Source of the DNA: Dehalococcoidia bacterium
Lineage (GTDB): Bacteria > Chloroflexota > Dehalococcoidia > Lucifugimonadales > UBA1123
Direction: 5' to 3'
DNA length: 64,000 bases
Assembly: GCA_965249365.1 (NCBI GenBank)
Contig: OZ252229.1
Location: 234,977 to 298,976, forward strand
Of this stretch, positions 18,101-26,412 are shown in pieces. Positions within the stretch are counted from its first letter, which is position 1; each line of letters begins with the position of its first letter. The position numbers were made by a program, and so were the translations under genes. The notes under the pieces are model-generated. The model did not search any database. It had not been told where the DNA came from and worked only from the letters and a program-made list of their open reading frames with translations.

Positions 18101-21100
18101 ATATGTTGGCTCCAGAGACGGCCATCTATACGCGCTGGACGCGCGAACCGGAGAGATTGAGTGGCGGTCCGAGGTGCCCGGTGGCGCAGCTTTCCCTACG
18201 CTTGCCGACGCGTCGGTCTACGTCGGCTCTTGGGGTAGAGGCTTGTTCAAGCTGAACGCGTCGACCGGCGAGCTGCTCTGGCGCTTCGAGACGGTCGGTC
18301 GGGTGTGGTCCACTCCGGCCATCGTCGATGGGGTCATCTACTTTGGATCTGGGGACAGTCACGTCTACGCGGTGAACGCCTCCACCGGGGAGTTGCTCTG
18401 GCAGCATCAGACTGGGGACGCGGTGTACTCTTCCCCGGCAGTTGTTGGCGGGGTCGTATTCATCGGGTCTACCGACAGTCGCGCCTACGCGCTGGACGCC
18501 GCGACCGGCCAGCCGCTGTGGGAACACGAGACGGGCGACGCCGTGTTCTCTTCCCCGGCGGTGGTCGACGCGGTGGCGTACATCGGGTCGGATGACAGCT
18601 ACGTCTACGCGCTCGACGCCGCCACCGGGGAGGTGGTCTGGCGGCATGAAACTGGAGGCTACGTGCAGTCCTCCCCAGAGGTCGTTGACGGGATTGTGTA
18701 CGTCGGGTCTGGCGACCGGAACTTGTACGCGCTCGGTGCGTCGTCGGGAGAGGTTGTTTGGACATACGGAATTCCCGTTGGCGAGCCCGGGTCACCAAAG
18801 GTCCACGATGGAACAGTCTACGTGACTGCGGGCAGCGACGAGGCGAATGCGATCGTCGCTCTCGATGCGGCCAACGGACAGTCTCTGTGGCGATTCGACA
18901 CCGGCGACGGCTGGATATCCTCGGCCCCAGCGCTTGCTGACGGCCTGGTGTACGTGGGATCTGCCTCCGGCCACGTGTACGCGTTGACGACCGGGGTAGA
19001 AGGCGCAACCGATTCCGGACCTGCGCCGCTACCTGACCTGATCGTCGAGAGCGTCACCTGGGAACCGCAAAACCCGTCCGTCGGCGACCCCGTCACGTTC
19101 AGAGTGACCGTCAGAAACCAGGGGATGGCGGACGCCGTAGGCCCGTTTCCGGCAGTCTATGCCGTCTCCGGTGAAACAACCCAGCGCGGCACCGCAACCA
19201 TCGACGGCATCGCCCAAGGCGGCAGACAGGTCCTGGACTTCAATTGGGAGGCCGAGGCTGGTGAACACACGGTCAGCATCGTAGTTGACCCCGATGGAAC
19301 CGTTGATGAGTCCGACGAGTCGAATAACGAGGCGGTCGTTGCGTTCGATGAGACCCTATTAGCGGACCTGTTGGTCGAGAGCATCAACTGGGAGCCCGAG
19401 AGTCCGTCAATCGGAGACTCGGTCAGGCTGTTGGTGGTAATTGCAAACGAGGGCGCCGGCGACGCAGGACCTTCGAGTGTCCAGTTCTTTGTCGACGGGG
19501 GACTCGAGGCCTCCGAAACCGTGAGCGGAATCGGTGCGGGCAAACAGCGAACCAAGGAATTCGTATGGATAGCCCAATCTGGGCCCCACTCGATCCGGAT
19601 CGTCGTGGACCCAGATGGACAACTCACAGAGTCGGACGAGTCCAACAACGAGTCTACCGTGGAGTTCGATCTGGCAGACGAGACTGACACGACAGAGACG
19701 CCTCCTTCAGCGGCTCGGGAACCCTTCGGCGACCTCTTCAAACTTACCGATTTAGAAGTTGCTCCGTCCGATGCGCCGACCGCGGTGTACCAGCAGTTCG
19801 GCAGCGACTGGCGAGTCGCGGACTGGAACGACCTCAGGCTGGCCTGGGAGGTCTATCGCGATGACCTGATGACCGTTTTCGAAGGGGTGGAGCCTCTGGT
19901 GACCTGGTTCGGTGAACCCAAATGGGCCGATGAACGCTGGTTCTTCATCCGGGACCACAACGGTAATAAACCGGGGGGGTTCCATGCGCACAACCAACTC
20001 GGAGGAGACGAGCTGTCCCTCGGTTCATGGTTCCGAAGCCCCAATGAGTGGACTGTGCTCGCGGTCCGGACCGACTTCAAAGTTGACCCGCTAGGACCGG
20101 ACGACCACGGCGACTCTCTAACCACGGCATCAACTCTGACTGTCGGGGAGCGGCTCTCGGGTGACATCGAAGTAGAAGACGACGTGGACTACCTCTTCTT
20201 CCGCGGTGAACGGGGAGTCGAGTACGTCGTGAAGGCTCTCGTCGGGTCAAACCCAGATACGTTCATTACACTGCTCGGACCGAACGGTTCGGTTCTAGCC
20301 GAGGATGACGATAGCGGAGAGAACCAGGGGTCAATGATTATCTGGAGAGTCAGGACTCCGGGGAGCTACTACGTTAAGGTGAGCGGGTTCGCATCGGATG
20401 ACACCGGTTCGTATACGGTGACTCTGAGCAAGTCCTCTGACGACCACGGAGACACGGCTGGCGAAGCGACACGACTCTGGCCGGGTGTGTCGCACGAGGG
20501 GAACATTGAAGAGAGCGACGATCAGGACTTCTTTTCTTTCCGCGCGGAGGAAGGGGTTGAATACGCCATCGAAACCGATCTCGGGACCAATCCGAACACA
20601 GTGATCGCGCTGTACGGCCCGGACGAAGACTTCGTCGATCGGGATGACGACGGGGGAGAGGGGGCTGCTTCCGCCCTGGTTTGGACCGCCCCTGTCTCAG
20701 GGACGTTCTATATCCGCGTGAGCGGTCGGTACGACAACAGCGTCGGCTCGTACTCACTGTCATTGGACGCCGAACGGTCCAGCTCAGGTAACTCCGTGTA
20801 CCTAGTCTCTGGCGAGCTCAACCGAGAGCAGCTCAATGTTGCCCGACCCGTCGCAACCGTGGCGCCAGAGCAGCGGATCGACGGAACCGTTACGATCGCC
20901 GTCGCAAACCACAACCGACCGGATCGGGTTTTTCCGTTAGGGGCAACGCCTTCATGGGGAAACCACAAAGAGAGCTACTGGATCATCGACGCCTGGGTCC
21001 CTCCGGGTGCGGTAACTGAATATGACGTGTACTTCGGCCTCGTCGCGCCGTCTGCACCAGGCGCCTACGCCATTACTTTCGCCGCCGCAGCCGCGGAGTC

Positions 21101-21293
21101 ACTGGGCCACGCAATGTCGGCCACACAGTCGGCGTCCGGGGACCCGCTCTGGAACAACGGAGACGACGTCGCGTCGTGGGACCTCTCGCAGGTCGAGTTC
21201 GCCCAGGTGAACGGCTACGTCGTAGGAACGACTCACCCTGATACCCCAGTCGAGTTCGGAGCGGCGTCGATTTCGGTAGTTGTTACGCGTTGA
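15159..21293 (+). CDS. giant receptor Ser/Thr kinase: Hanks kinase - TM - Ig/cadherin-like - LRR - CARDB - PQQ-type beta-propeller - 2x CARDB - unknown - 2x PPC - unknown
   Basis: GGQGTVY..VALK..HRDIKPQN..DFG..SPEQ. TM IVLLGVLVPIGIIALIAQL. About ten 22-aa N(S/A)ISDLSPLAGL LRRs. Repeated VYVGS.D..(L/V)YALDA.TGE..W blades. LIVES(I/V)...GD.V......N.G....DESDESNNE CARDB-like units. DDHGD....A..L..G....G.I...DD.D(Y/F)F.F PPC-like units. Confidence 0.85.
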   Translation: MAEHRMQQQIIGRYQILEQIAAGGQGTVYRAWDTSTGRVVALKVLHPHIANDSDALERFYREARIAASVTHPNVTQIFEVGQDGDYHFISMEYLPISISSLVEAQGSLPVERATAICLQAALALNAASRTGIIHRDIKPQNLLLAQDGTVKVTDFGIARATALSTMTRTGALMGTPYYMSPEQARGSRVDTRSDLYSLGIVLYQLLTGTIPFDAETPWEVIRQHIEEQPPSIRQSRPDIPAALEEVVNRCLEKDPNLRFQTPSDFAQALRQAVPVARTRPEPTETPPAPVGPSPTRRPAALRRPVTPERPVTPQTPTTPTEPDSARRPALQPQPKPDTSSSADRGRAGRTPTGTRPARTSRDVRARRGRSWRWYAGIVLLGVLVPIGIIALIAQLAGSGGISGPLPTPIPNTPVPPTATPAPVVIVPPPDTPTPEVRVTATPPPTATPVAVVPPPGTPTPTPGAAVTPVPVNNAPEAVSAIDALNLSIGADAELVDVMGAFRDPDGDSLTYSVSSSDSNVATASMSGPVVTVYPIGAGRVTITVTASDSEGLAVSQTINVTVDETPATVTIPDAGLREAIYAALEKESSEPLTAAEMTTLLRLEADNRGIVDLTGLEYATDLEELIVENNSISDLSPLAGLSQLVYLILSGNSISDISPLTALDRLTNLYLWDNSVSDLSPLANLNELRNLGLFGNSISDLSPLAGLSNLRSLDLGTNSISDLSGLEVLAELETLRLGINSITDVSALAGLRELQDLELGGNSVTEVSPLASLTNLRYLGLWNNAISDLEALVANPGLGEGDEIDVTLNPLSDDSISTHIPTLQKRGVNVLLDASEVTDLVEPPPPVTDLIVESITRVPMDALVGDTVTITATVTNLGPGTVGSSEVRFIVDDSTDPFAVAETAELVPGNAEVVTVPWKTEAGSHTFRVVAEVRDDLDESDESNNELTVTFEGGDRHRLVWQFEIDSSGYVSTPAVADGVVYVGSRDGHLYALDARTGEIEWRSEVPGGAAFPTLADASVYVGSWGRGLFKLNASTGELLWRFETVGRVWSTPAIVDGVIYFGSGDSHVYAVNASTGELLWQHQTGDAVYSSPAVVGGVVFIGSTDSRAYALDAATGQPLWEHETGDAVFSSPAVVDAVAYIGSDDSYVYALDAATGEVVWRHETGGYVQSSPEVVDGIVYVGSGDRNLYALGASSGEVVWTYGIPVGEPGSPKVHDGTVYVTAGSDEANAIVALDAANGQSLWRFDTGDGWISSAPALADGLVYVGSASGHVYALTTGVEGATDSGPAPLPDLIVESVTWEPQNPSVGDPVTFRVTVRNQGMADAVGPFPAVYAVSGETTQRGTATIDGIAQGGRQVLDFNWEAEAGEHTVSIVVDPDGTVDESDESNNEAVVAFDETLLADLLVESINWEPESPSIGDSVRLLVVIANEGAGDAGPSSVQFFVDGGLEASETVSGIGAGKQRTKEFVWIAQSGPHSIRIVVDPDGQLTESDESNNESTVEFDLADETDTTETPPSAAREPFGDLFKLTDLEVAPSDAPTAVYQQFGSDWRVADWNDLRLAWEVYRDDLMTVFEGVEPLVTWFGEPKWADERWFFIRDHNGNKPGGFHAHNQLGGDELSLGSWFRSPNEWTVLAVRTDFKVDPLGPDDHGDSLTTASTLTVGERLSGDIEVEDDVDYLFFRGERGVEYVVKALVGSNPDTFITLLGPNGSVLAEDDDSGENQGSMIIWRVRTPGSYYVKVSGFASDDTGSYTVTLSKSSDDHGDTAGEATRLWPGVSHEGNIEESDDQDFFSFRAEEGVEYAIETDLGTNPNTVIALYGPDEDFVDRDDDGGEGAASALVWTAPVSGTFYIRVSGRYDNSVGSYSLSLDAERSSSGNSVYLVSGELNREQLNVARPVATVAPEQRIDGTVTIAVANHNRPDRVFPLGATPSWGNHKESYWIIDAWVPPGAVTEYDVYFGLVAPSAPGAYAITFAAAAAESLGHAMSATQSASGDPLWNNGDDVASWDLSQVEFAQVNGYVVGTTHPDTPVEFGAASISVVVTR

Positions 21294-21302
21294 CTGGAGA
21301 TG

Positions 21303-21341
21303 TTCAGGTGAACTTCAGAAAGCCATAAGCACATGTTCAGG
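21303..21341 (+). promoter_or_regulatory. TTCAG(G/A) direct repeats phased at 11/22 bp upstream of the second kinase
   Basis: TTCAGG 21303, TTCAGA 21314, TTCAGG 21336. Located 65-100 nt before the STK2 start. Confidence 0.4.
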
Positions 21342-21405
21342 ACTGGCTGGGGACTGGTGGTCTACTATTTCGGCAGCCAAGTGAGCAAGTCCGGACCGGC
21401 GAACT

Positions 21406-24400
21406 GTGGGAGTAGTCATGCAGCAACAGACGATAGGCAGATACCAGATACTCGAGCAGGTTGCCGCAGGCGGCCAGGGTACCGTCTATCGCGCGTGGGA
21501 CACCTCGACCGGGCAGGTCGTCGCGCTCAAGGTGCTGCACCCGCACCTGTCAGCAGACCCGTCCATCCTCGAGCGCTTCCACAGGGAAGCGCGCCTCGCG
21601 GCTTTCGTCTCGCATCCGAACATAACCCAGATCTTCGAGGTTGGCCAGGACGGCGACAGGCATTTCATCTCCATGGAGTACCTCCCGGTCGGCATACACA
21701 GCCTCATCGAGGCGCAGGGAAGCCTCCCTATCGAGCGTGCCGCCGAGATCTGCCTACAGACAGCTCTTGCGCTCCAGGCAGCCAGCGACCGTGGGATCAT
21801 CCACCGCGACATCAAGCCCCAGAACCTCCTTCTGGGTCAGGACGGCACCGTCAAGGTTACCGACTTCGGCATCGCGAGGGCCACGGCACTTTCAACGATG
21901 ACCCGGACCGGGGCCCTTATGGGAACGCCCCACTACATGTCACCCGAGCAGGCGCAGGGAACTCGTGTCGATATCCGGTCCGACATCTACTCTCTTGGGA
22001 TCGTGCTTTATCAGCTCCTCACCGGCGACCTGCCGTTCGAGGCGGACACGCCTTTCGAACTCATGCGCCAGCACATCGAGGAGCGGCCAGCGTCGGTCCG
22101 CGGGGCGCGATCGGCGGTTCCGCAGGCCCTGGAACGTGTGGTCAACACGTGCCTTGAGAAGGACCCTGATCGTCGATTCCAAACGCCCAACGAGTTCGTC
22201 CGGGCCCTGCGCCAGGCCGTGCCCGGCGCACGCGCTGCGCCGACACCGCAGCCGCCGATTCAGGCGCCGCCTGCGCAGCAACCTGCCTCCGCGGCCGAGA
22301 CTGCCGGTCGTCCTCCTGGTGTACCCGAGCAGCGGCCTGAAACCGCGCGGCCTCAAAGTCCCGGACCACGAGGGGAGGAACACGCCGGCAGGGGCCGCCC
22401 CCGGTGGATCTGGGTAGGGCTGGTGGTGTCCATCCTTGTGGCAGTCTCGGCCGTCGGCGTGACCTTCTGGGTCATCGACATGGCGCGTCGAGACGGCGCC
22501 ATCGTTGAGCCACTTCGTACACCGGTGCCAGCGACACCGGTTCGGATCGTGGTCGCTGCGCAGCCGACCCATACGCCGACCGGGATCTCGCCGGTCGTGG
22601 TTCCCCCGACGACCGTTCCGCCACCGACCAACACGCCCTTCGTCGTGGCGCCACCGGAAGTCGCGCCTCCGACGATCGACCCGACCGCAACTCCAGCGTC
22701 GGTCGTAACGCAGTCTACCAACACACCGACGGCTACTTCCGTACGCACCGTCGTCCGGATGACCGCCACGCCTACGGCAACCCCCGTACGCACCGTCATC
22801 CAAATAACCGCCACGCCTACGGCGACTCCCTCCCCCGTCGCAGCTCCACCCACGAACACCGCGACCGCAACTCCCTCCCCCGTCGCAGCTCCACGCACCA
22901 ACACCCCCACGGCTACTCCTTCCACTATCGTGCTGCGACCAACAAGCACGCCTCGACCGCGACCAACGAACACTCCTCTGCCGAGTCCTACCAACACCCC
23001 GAGGCCTCGACCAACTGCCACCCACACCCCAACGCCAGTCCCAGCAGTTGTGGCGCAACCGACAGCTGTGTCTGACGATCAAGGATTGCCCGCGGAACCG
23101 TCGGGGAGCGTCACGGTAGTCGTCCCACGCGTCTACAGACCACACGGGCTGCCTCGATCGTGCCCGGGTGGATGTTCAGAAGCAATGTACCTGTCGGGAG
23201 TGACCGAGACCCTATTGAACACAAGGTTTGAGAACGAGGGATCGGTCGCTGCCGAGCCGATGCTCGCCGAGTGGTGGGAGTTCGACGACAGCCTCCGGGT
23301 CCTCACGTTCGGCTTACGCCAAGACGTGATGTTCCATAGTGGCTGGGGCGAGATGAACGCATGGGATGTCGTCTTCAGTCTAGAAGATGCGATCATGAAT
23401 CCAGAGTCAACCCACGCTGCCAGATCATTCGAATCGATCGCGGCTGTATTTCTCTTAGACGACTTCACGGTGCGGGTAGAATTCAGGGAGTTCGACCCCA
23501 GGGGTGCCCTGTACTACTTGACACCGTTTGATTCTTCTGTTGGGATCGTTTCCGCCGACGTCTCGGAGTCCCACGACGAGGACGAGCTGCAGAGCCTCCT
23601 GATCGGGGTCGGCCCATTCGTGGTGGACGAGTGGGTCCCCCGTGAGAGTATTCGTTTGACCGCGCACCAGGAATACTACGGCCGCCCCCTCGGACTCGGG
23701 CCCCACGTTGAAAGTCTGCAATGGGTGGAAATCAATGAGGCTGCGGTACGAATGGCCTTTATTCATGCGGGACAGGCTCATCTGAGTACCTTAATGGATG
23801 CTGGACATGCGCGGGAACTCCTGAGTTCGGGACTGTTGCTGGAAAACAACGGCGGATCGGGAATGATGGGCGGCGTTTCTTTCGCCGGCAATTACTGGGA
23901 GGCACACAACCCATCGAACGGAGAAACGCTGGAGAGGACACGGGACATCAGCAAGCCTTGGATCGGTGACCCGTTTGAATTCGGACCGAGCTACGACGAG
24001 TCAACCCCCTCGATGGTGCGATCGCGGATGGTCAGGGAGGCCCTGGCCACGGCAACAGACCGAAACCTGATAAATGAGATACTGCTGCACGGGCTGGGCT
24101 CAGTCAACTATCAGCCCTCCCTGTCGGTCAACAGCCCCCTTCACGAGGACTGGATGCGCTGGGCATTCGACCCAGATCGGGCGTGGCAGCTTTTGGCAGA
24201 GGCGGGCTACCCTGACGGATTCGAGATGGACCTCTGGGTCGGACAGTCCCCAAGTAGGACAAGACTGGGCGAGGTTTTGGCAGCCATTTGGGCGGAGTAT
24301 CTTGGTGTCGAGATAGTTTTGGAGAGGGGATCTGTCCCGGAGTACAATGTAGGCCTCTTGGATAGAACTACGTCAACACCCGGTGTCAACCTTTGCTTTG

Positions 24401-24735
24401 GGCCTGAGACGAACCCTCTCTATCCGTCCGACTGGCCGAGAGGATTCTACGCGAGCAGCATGTCAGACTTTAGGGCTGGAATCGGTCAGGAGCTACCCCA
24501 CGCTTCTGAGATTTATAATGCCGCAATCGCTGCACCTGACAAGGGCACGCGTGAGACTCTCACGTTGGTTTCCATCGAAATCAACAGGTACTGGGCCAAC
24601 TGCGTCGGGGTCATCGAGCAGCCCAGGTGGACAGCGTTGAATCCAGACTTGGTCGCGGAATGGGGCTTCCTCCCGACTCTTTCCGGCACGCTGGGGGGTA
24701 TCACCAACGTCCGGTCGATCAAGGTCAGGCAGTAG
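21406..24735 (+). CDS. receptor Ser/Thr kinase fused to a family-5 (DppA/OppA-type) solute-binding domain
   Basis: The kinase domain is a close paralog of STK1. TM WIWVGLVVSILVAVSAVGVTFWVI. Pro/Thr linker. Ectodomain has GVGPFVVDEWVPRESIRLTAHQEYYG and FDPDRAWQLLAEAGYPDGFEMDLW, typical of SBP_bac_5. Confidence 0.85.
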   Translation: MGVVMQQQTIGRYQILEQVAAGGQGTVYRAWDTSTGQVVALKVLHPHLSADPSILERFHREARLAAFVSHPNITQIFEVGQDGDRHFISMEYLPVGIHSLIEAQGSLPIERAAEICLQTALALQAASDRGIIHRDIKPQNLLLGQDGTVKVTDFGIARATALSTMTRTGALMGTPHYMSPEQAQGTRVDIRSDIYSLGIVLYQLLTGDLPFEADTPFELMRQHIEERPASVRGARSAVPQALERVVNTCLEKDPDRRFQTPNEFVRALRQAVPGARAAPTPQPPIQAPPAQQPASAAETAGRPPGVPEQRPETARPQSPGPRGEEHAGRGRPRWIWVGLVVSILVAVSAVGVTFWVIDMARRDGAIVEPLRTPVPATPVRIVVAAQPTHTPTGISPVVVPPTTVPPPTNTPFVVAPPEVAPPTIDPTATPASVVTQSTNTPTATSVRTVVRMTATPTATPVRTVIQITATPTATPSPVAAPPTNTATATPSPVAAPRTNTPTATPSTIVLRPTSTPRPRPTNTPLPSPTNTPRPRPTATHTPTPVPAVVAQPTAVSDDQGLPAEPSGSVTVVVPRVYRPHGLPRSCPGGCSEAMYLSGVTETLLNTRFENEGSVAAEPMLAEWWEFDDSLRVLTFGLRQDVMFHSGWGEMNAWDVVFSLEDAIMNPESTHAARSFESIAAVFLLDDFTVRVEFREFDPRGALYYLTPFDSSVGIVSADVSESHDEDELQSLLIGVGPFVVDEWVPRESIRLTAHQEYYGRPLGLGPHVESLQWVEINEAAVRMAFIHAGQAHLSTLMDAGHARELLSSGLLLENNGGSGMMGGVSFAGNYWEAHNPSNGETLERTRDISKPWIGDPFEFGPSYDESTPSMVRSRMVREALATATDRNLINEILLHGLGSVNYQPSLSVNSPLHEDWMRWAFDPDRAWQLLAEAGYPDGFEMDLWVGQSPSRTRLGEVLAAIWAEYLGVEIVLERGSVPEYNVGLLDRTTSTPGVNLCFGPETNPLYPSDWPRGFYASSMSDFRAGIGQELPHASEIYNAAIAAPDKGTRETLTLVSIEINRYWANCVGVIEQPRWTALNPDLVAEWGFLPTLSGTLGGITNVRSIKVRQ
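22741..22920 (+). repeat. four 45-bp in-frame units (two pairs) in the Pro/Thr linker of STK2
   Basis: gtacgcaccgtc..accgccacgcctacggc twice (22741, 22786). tcccccgtcgcagctccac twice (22831, 22876). Confidence 0.85.
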
Positions 24736-24868
24736 ACATCACATCCGAGCATGGGAGGCTATGCAAGCGGGGAGGACCCCGCGGCGAGCCAACGGGCAGC
24801 ACTCTCGTCGGCTTGCCGCCCGGCAATCTCCTGCAATTCGGGTGTGGCCGGTCAGAGATGCTTCGTCG

Positions 24869-24900
24869 TCCGCCGCGCCTGCCCGCCGTGGAGGGGCGGA
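24869..24900. repeat. 32-nt REP core (tccgccgcgcctgcccgccgtggaggggcgga)
   Basis: Exact inverted copy of 6569-6600. Lies in the convergent gap between STK2 and the MFS gene. Confidence 0.85.
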
Positions 24901-24904
24901 CTCC

Positions 24905-26365
24905 TCAGCATGACAGCGGTCGCGTGATTCGCGAGGGCGCCCTCGTCCCGACGAGCGTGTACGCGGCGCCGATGGCCAGTAGTGCTGCCATCAGCAGGTA
25001 GGCGTAGCGGAGGCCCGCGACGAACGCGGTCAGCAGGCCCGTAGAGCCTTCGTCTGAGACCGCGGCGAGGGTCGGGGCGTATCCAGCAGCCCCCATGGTA
25101 GCCGTCACTATAGCGGTCGCTATCGCGACGCTGCTGACGCTGGCGGAGTTTCGTACGAGGTTCAGGAACCCGGAGATTACGGCGTGTCGCTCCCTCGGCA
25201 CCGAGCCGAGCACCGCCCCGTTGTTCGGCGGGGCGAAGGCGCCGATCCCGACGCTCTGCAGTACCATGCCCGCGATCGCGACGAGCACGCTGGAGTCGGT
25301 CTCGAGCGTGGACAGGGTCAGGATACCTGCGGTGGTGACCAAGATCCCTCCGACCGTGAAGAGGCGGCGTCCGAACCTGTCGGACAGACGGCCTGAAGTC
25401 GGCCCCACAATCGTCATGGCGACGTAGCTAAGCGCCGTGATCAGCCCCACCTCGCCGGGGCTGTATCGCAGTACGACCTGGAGGTAGAAAGGCATGAGGA
25501 ACCAGGCCGACGTCGTACCGACAAAGTGGATGAATCCTGACACGACCCCGACTCTGAACACCCGATCCTGGAACAGTCGGAGGTCCAGCAGCGGCGCCGA
25601 CGATCTTAGCTCCCAGACCACAAACGCCGACGCGAGTGTCGCCGCCGCCACGAAGGCAAGGACGATGTAAGGGCTTCCGTACCCTGCCTGTGGCGCCCAC
25701 GTCATTGCCTGGAGGAAGGCGAGCAGCGCGCCCGCCGACAGTGCGGCGCCGACCCAGTCAAAGTCGAATGAGCCGGTCCGGGACCCGATAGGCCTCCCGC
25801 CGTCGACGAGAGCGATGACTAGCACGACTGTCGCCAGGCCGAGAAGCGCACTTCCGAAGAACACCCAGCTCCAGCCGAGCGCGCTGACGACAACGCCTCC
25901 CAGCGCTGGGCCGAAGACGCTTCCGATCCCGACCACACCCATGTAGAGCCCGAGCACCTTGCCCCGTTCGGATTCAGGGAAAACGGCCACGCTCATCGCC
26001 ATCGAGGTTCCCTGGGTCATCCCAGCGCCAACGCCGTGCAGCAGGTTCGCGGCGATCAGTGCGGGCATCGACGGAGCGAGGCCGGCGAGGACTCCGCTGA
26101 CCGTGAAGAGCCCGAGTCCGGAGACGTAGATCCACTTGCGACCGACCAGGTCCGCGAGACGGCCCATCGGCAGCAGAGAGATGCTGATCGCCAGGACGTA
26201 TCCAACGAGCACCCACTGGGTGGTGGGAAGATCGCTTTGGAAGTGGTCCGCGATCGACGGCAGCGCGATGATGATGCTGCCATGGTCGGCGACGAACGTG
26301 AACAGACCGAACGCGATGGCGGCGAAAGCGATGTATGGGCTGCGGGTGGGACTGGTCGTTATCAT
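24905..26365 (-). CDS. MFS transporter, 14-TMS drug:H+ antiporter (DHA2/EmrB-like)
   Basis: 486 aa with about 14 hydrophobic spans. GRLADLVGRKW motif between TM2 and TM3. LGPALGG motif. Confidence 0.85.
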   Translation of the reverse strand: MITTSPTRSPYIAFAAIAFGLFTFVADHGSIIIALPSIADHFQSDLPTTQWVLVGYVLAISISLLPMGRLADLVGRKWIYVSGLGLFTVSGVLAGLAPSMPALIAANLLHGVGAGMTQGTSMAMSVAVFPESERGKVLGLYMGVVGIGSVFGPALGGVVVSALGWSWVFFGSALLGLATVVLVIALVDGGRPIGSRTGSFDFDWVGAALSAGALLAFLQAMTWAPQAGYGSPYIVLAFVAAATLASAFVVWELRSSAPLLDLRLFQDRVFRVGVVSGFIHFVGTTSAWFLMPFYLQVVLRYSPGEVGLITALSYVAMTIVGPTSGRLSDRFGRRLFTVGGILVTTAGILTLSTLETDSSVLVAIAGMVLQSVGIGAFAPPNNGAVLGSVPRERHAVISGFLNLVRNSASVSSVAIATAIVTATMGAAGYAPTLAAVSDEGSTGLLTAFVAGLRYAYLLMAALLAIGAAYTLVGTRAPSRITRPLSC

Positions 26366-26412
26366 GTTCTGCGAGTGTAGCGGAGCGGGACGAGTGGTAT
26401 CATCGAGAAGCG

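Noticed and set aside
21333-23145. ORFs 21333..22157 (+) and 21940..23145 (-)
   Set aside because: They are out of frame or antisense to the STK2 kinase domain and linker. The products are Arg/Gly/Pro-rich nonsense.
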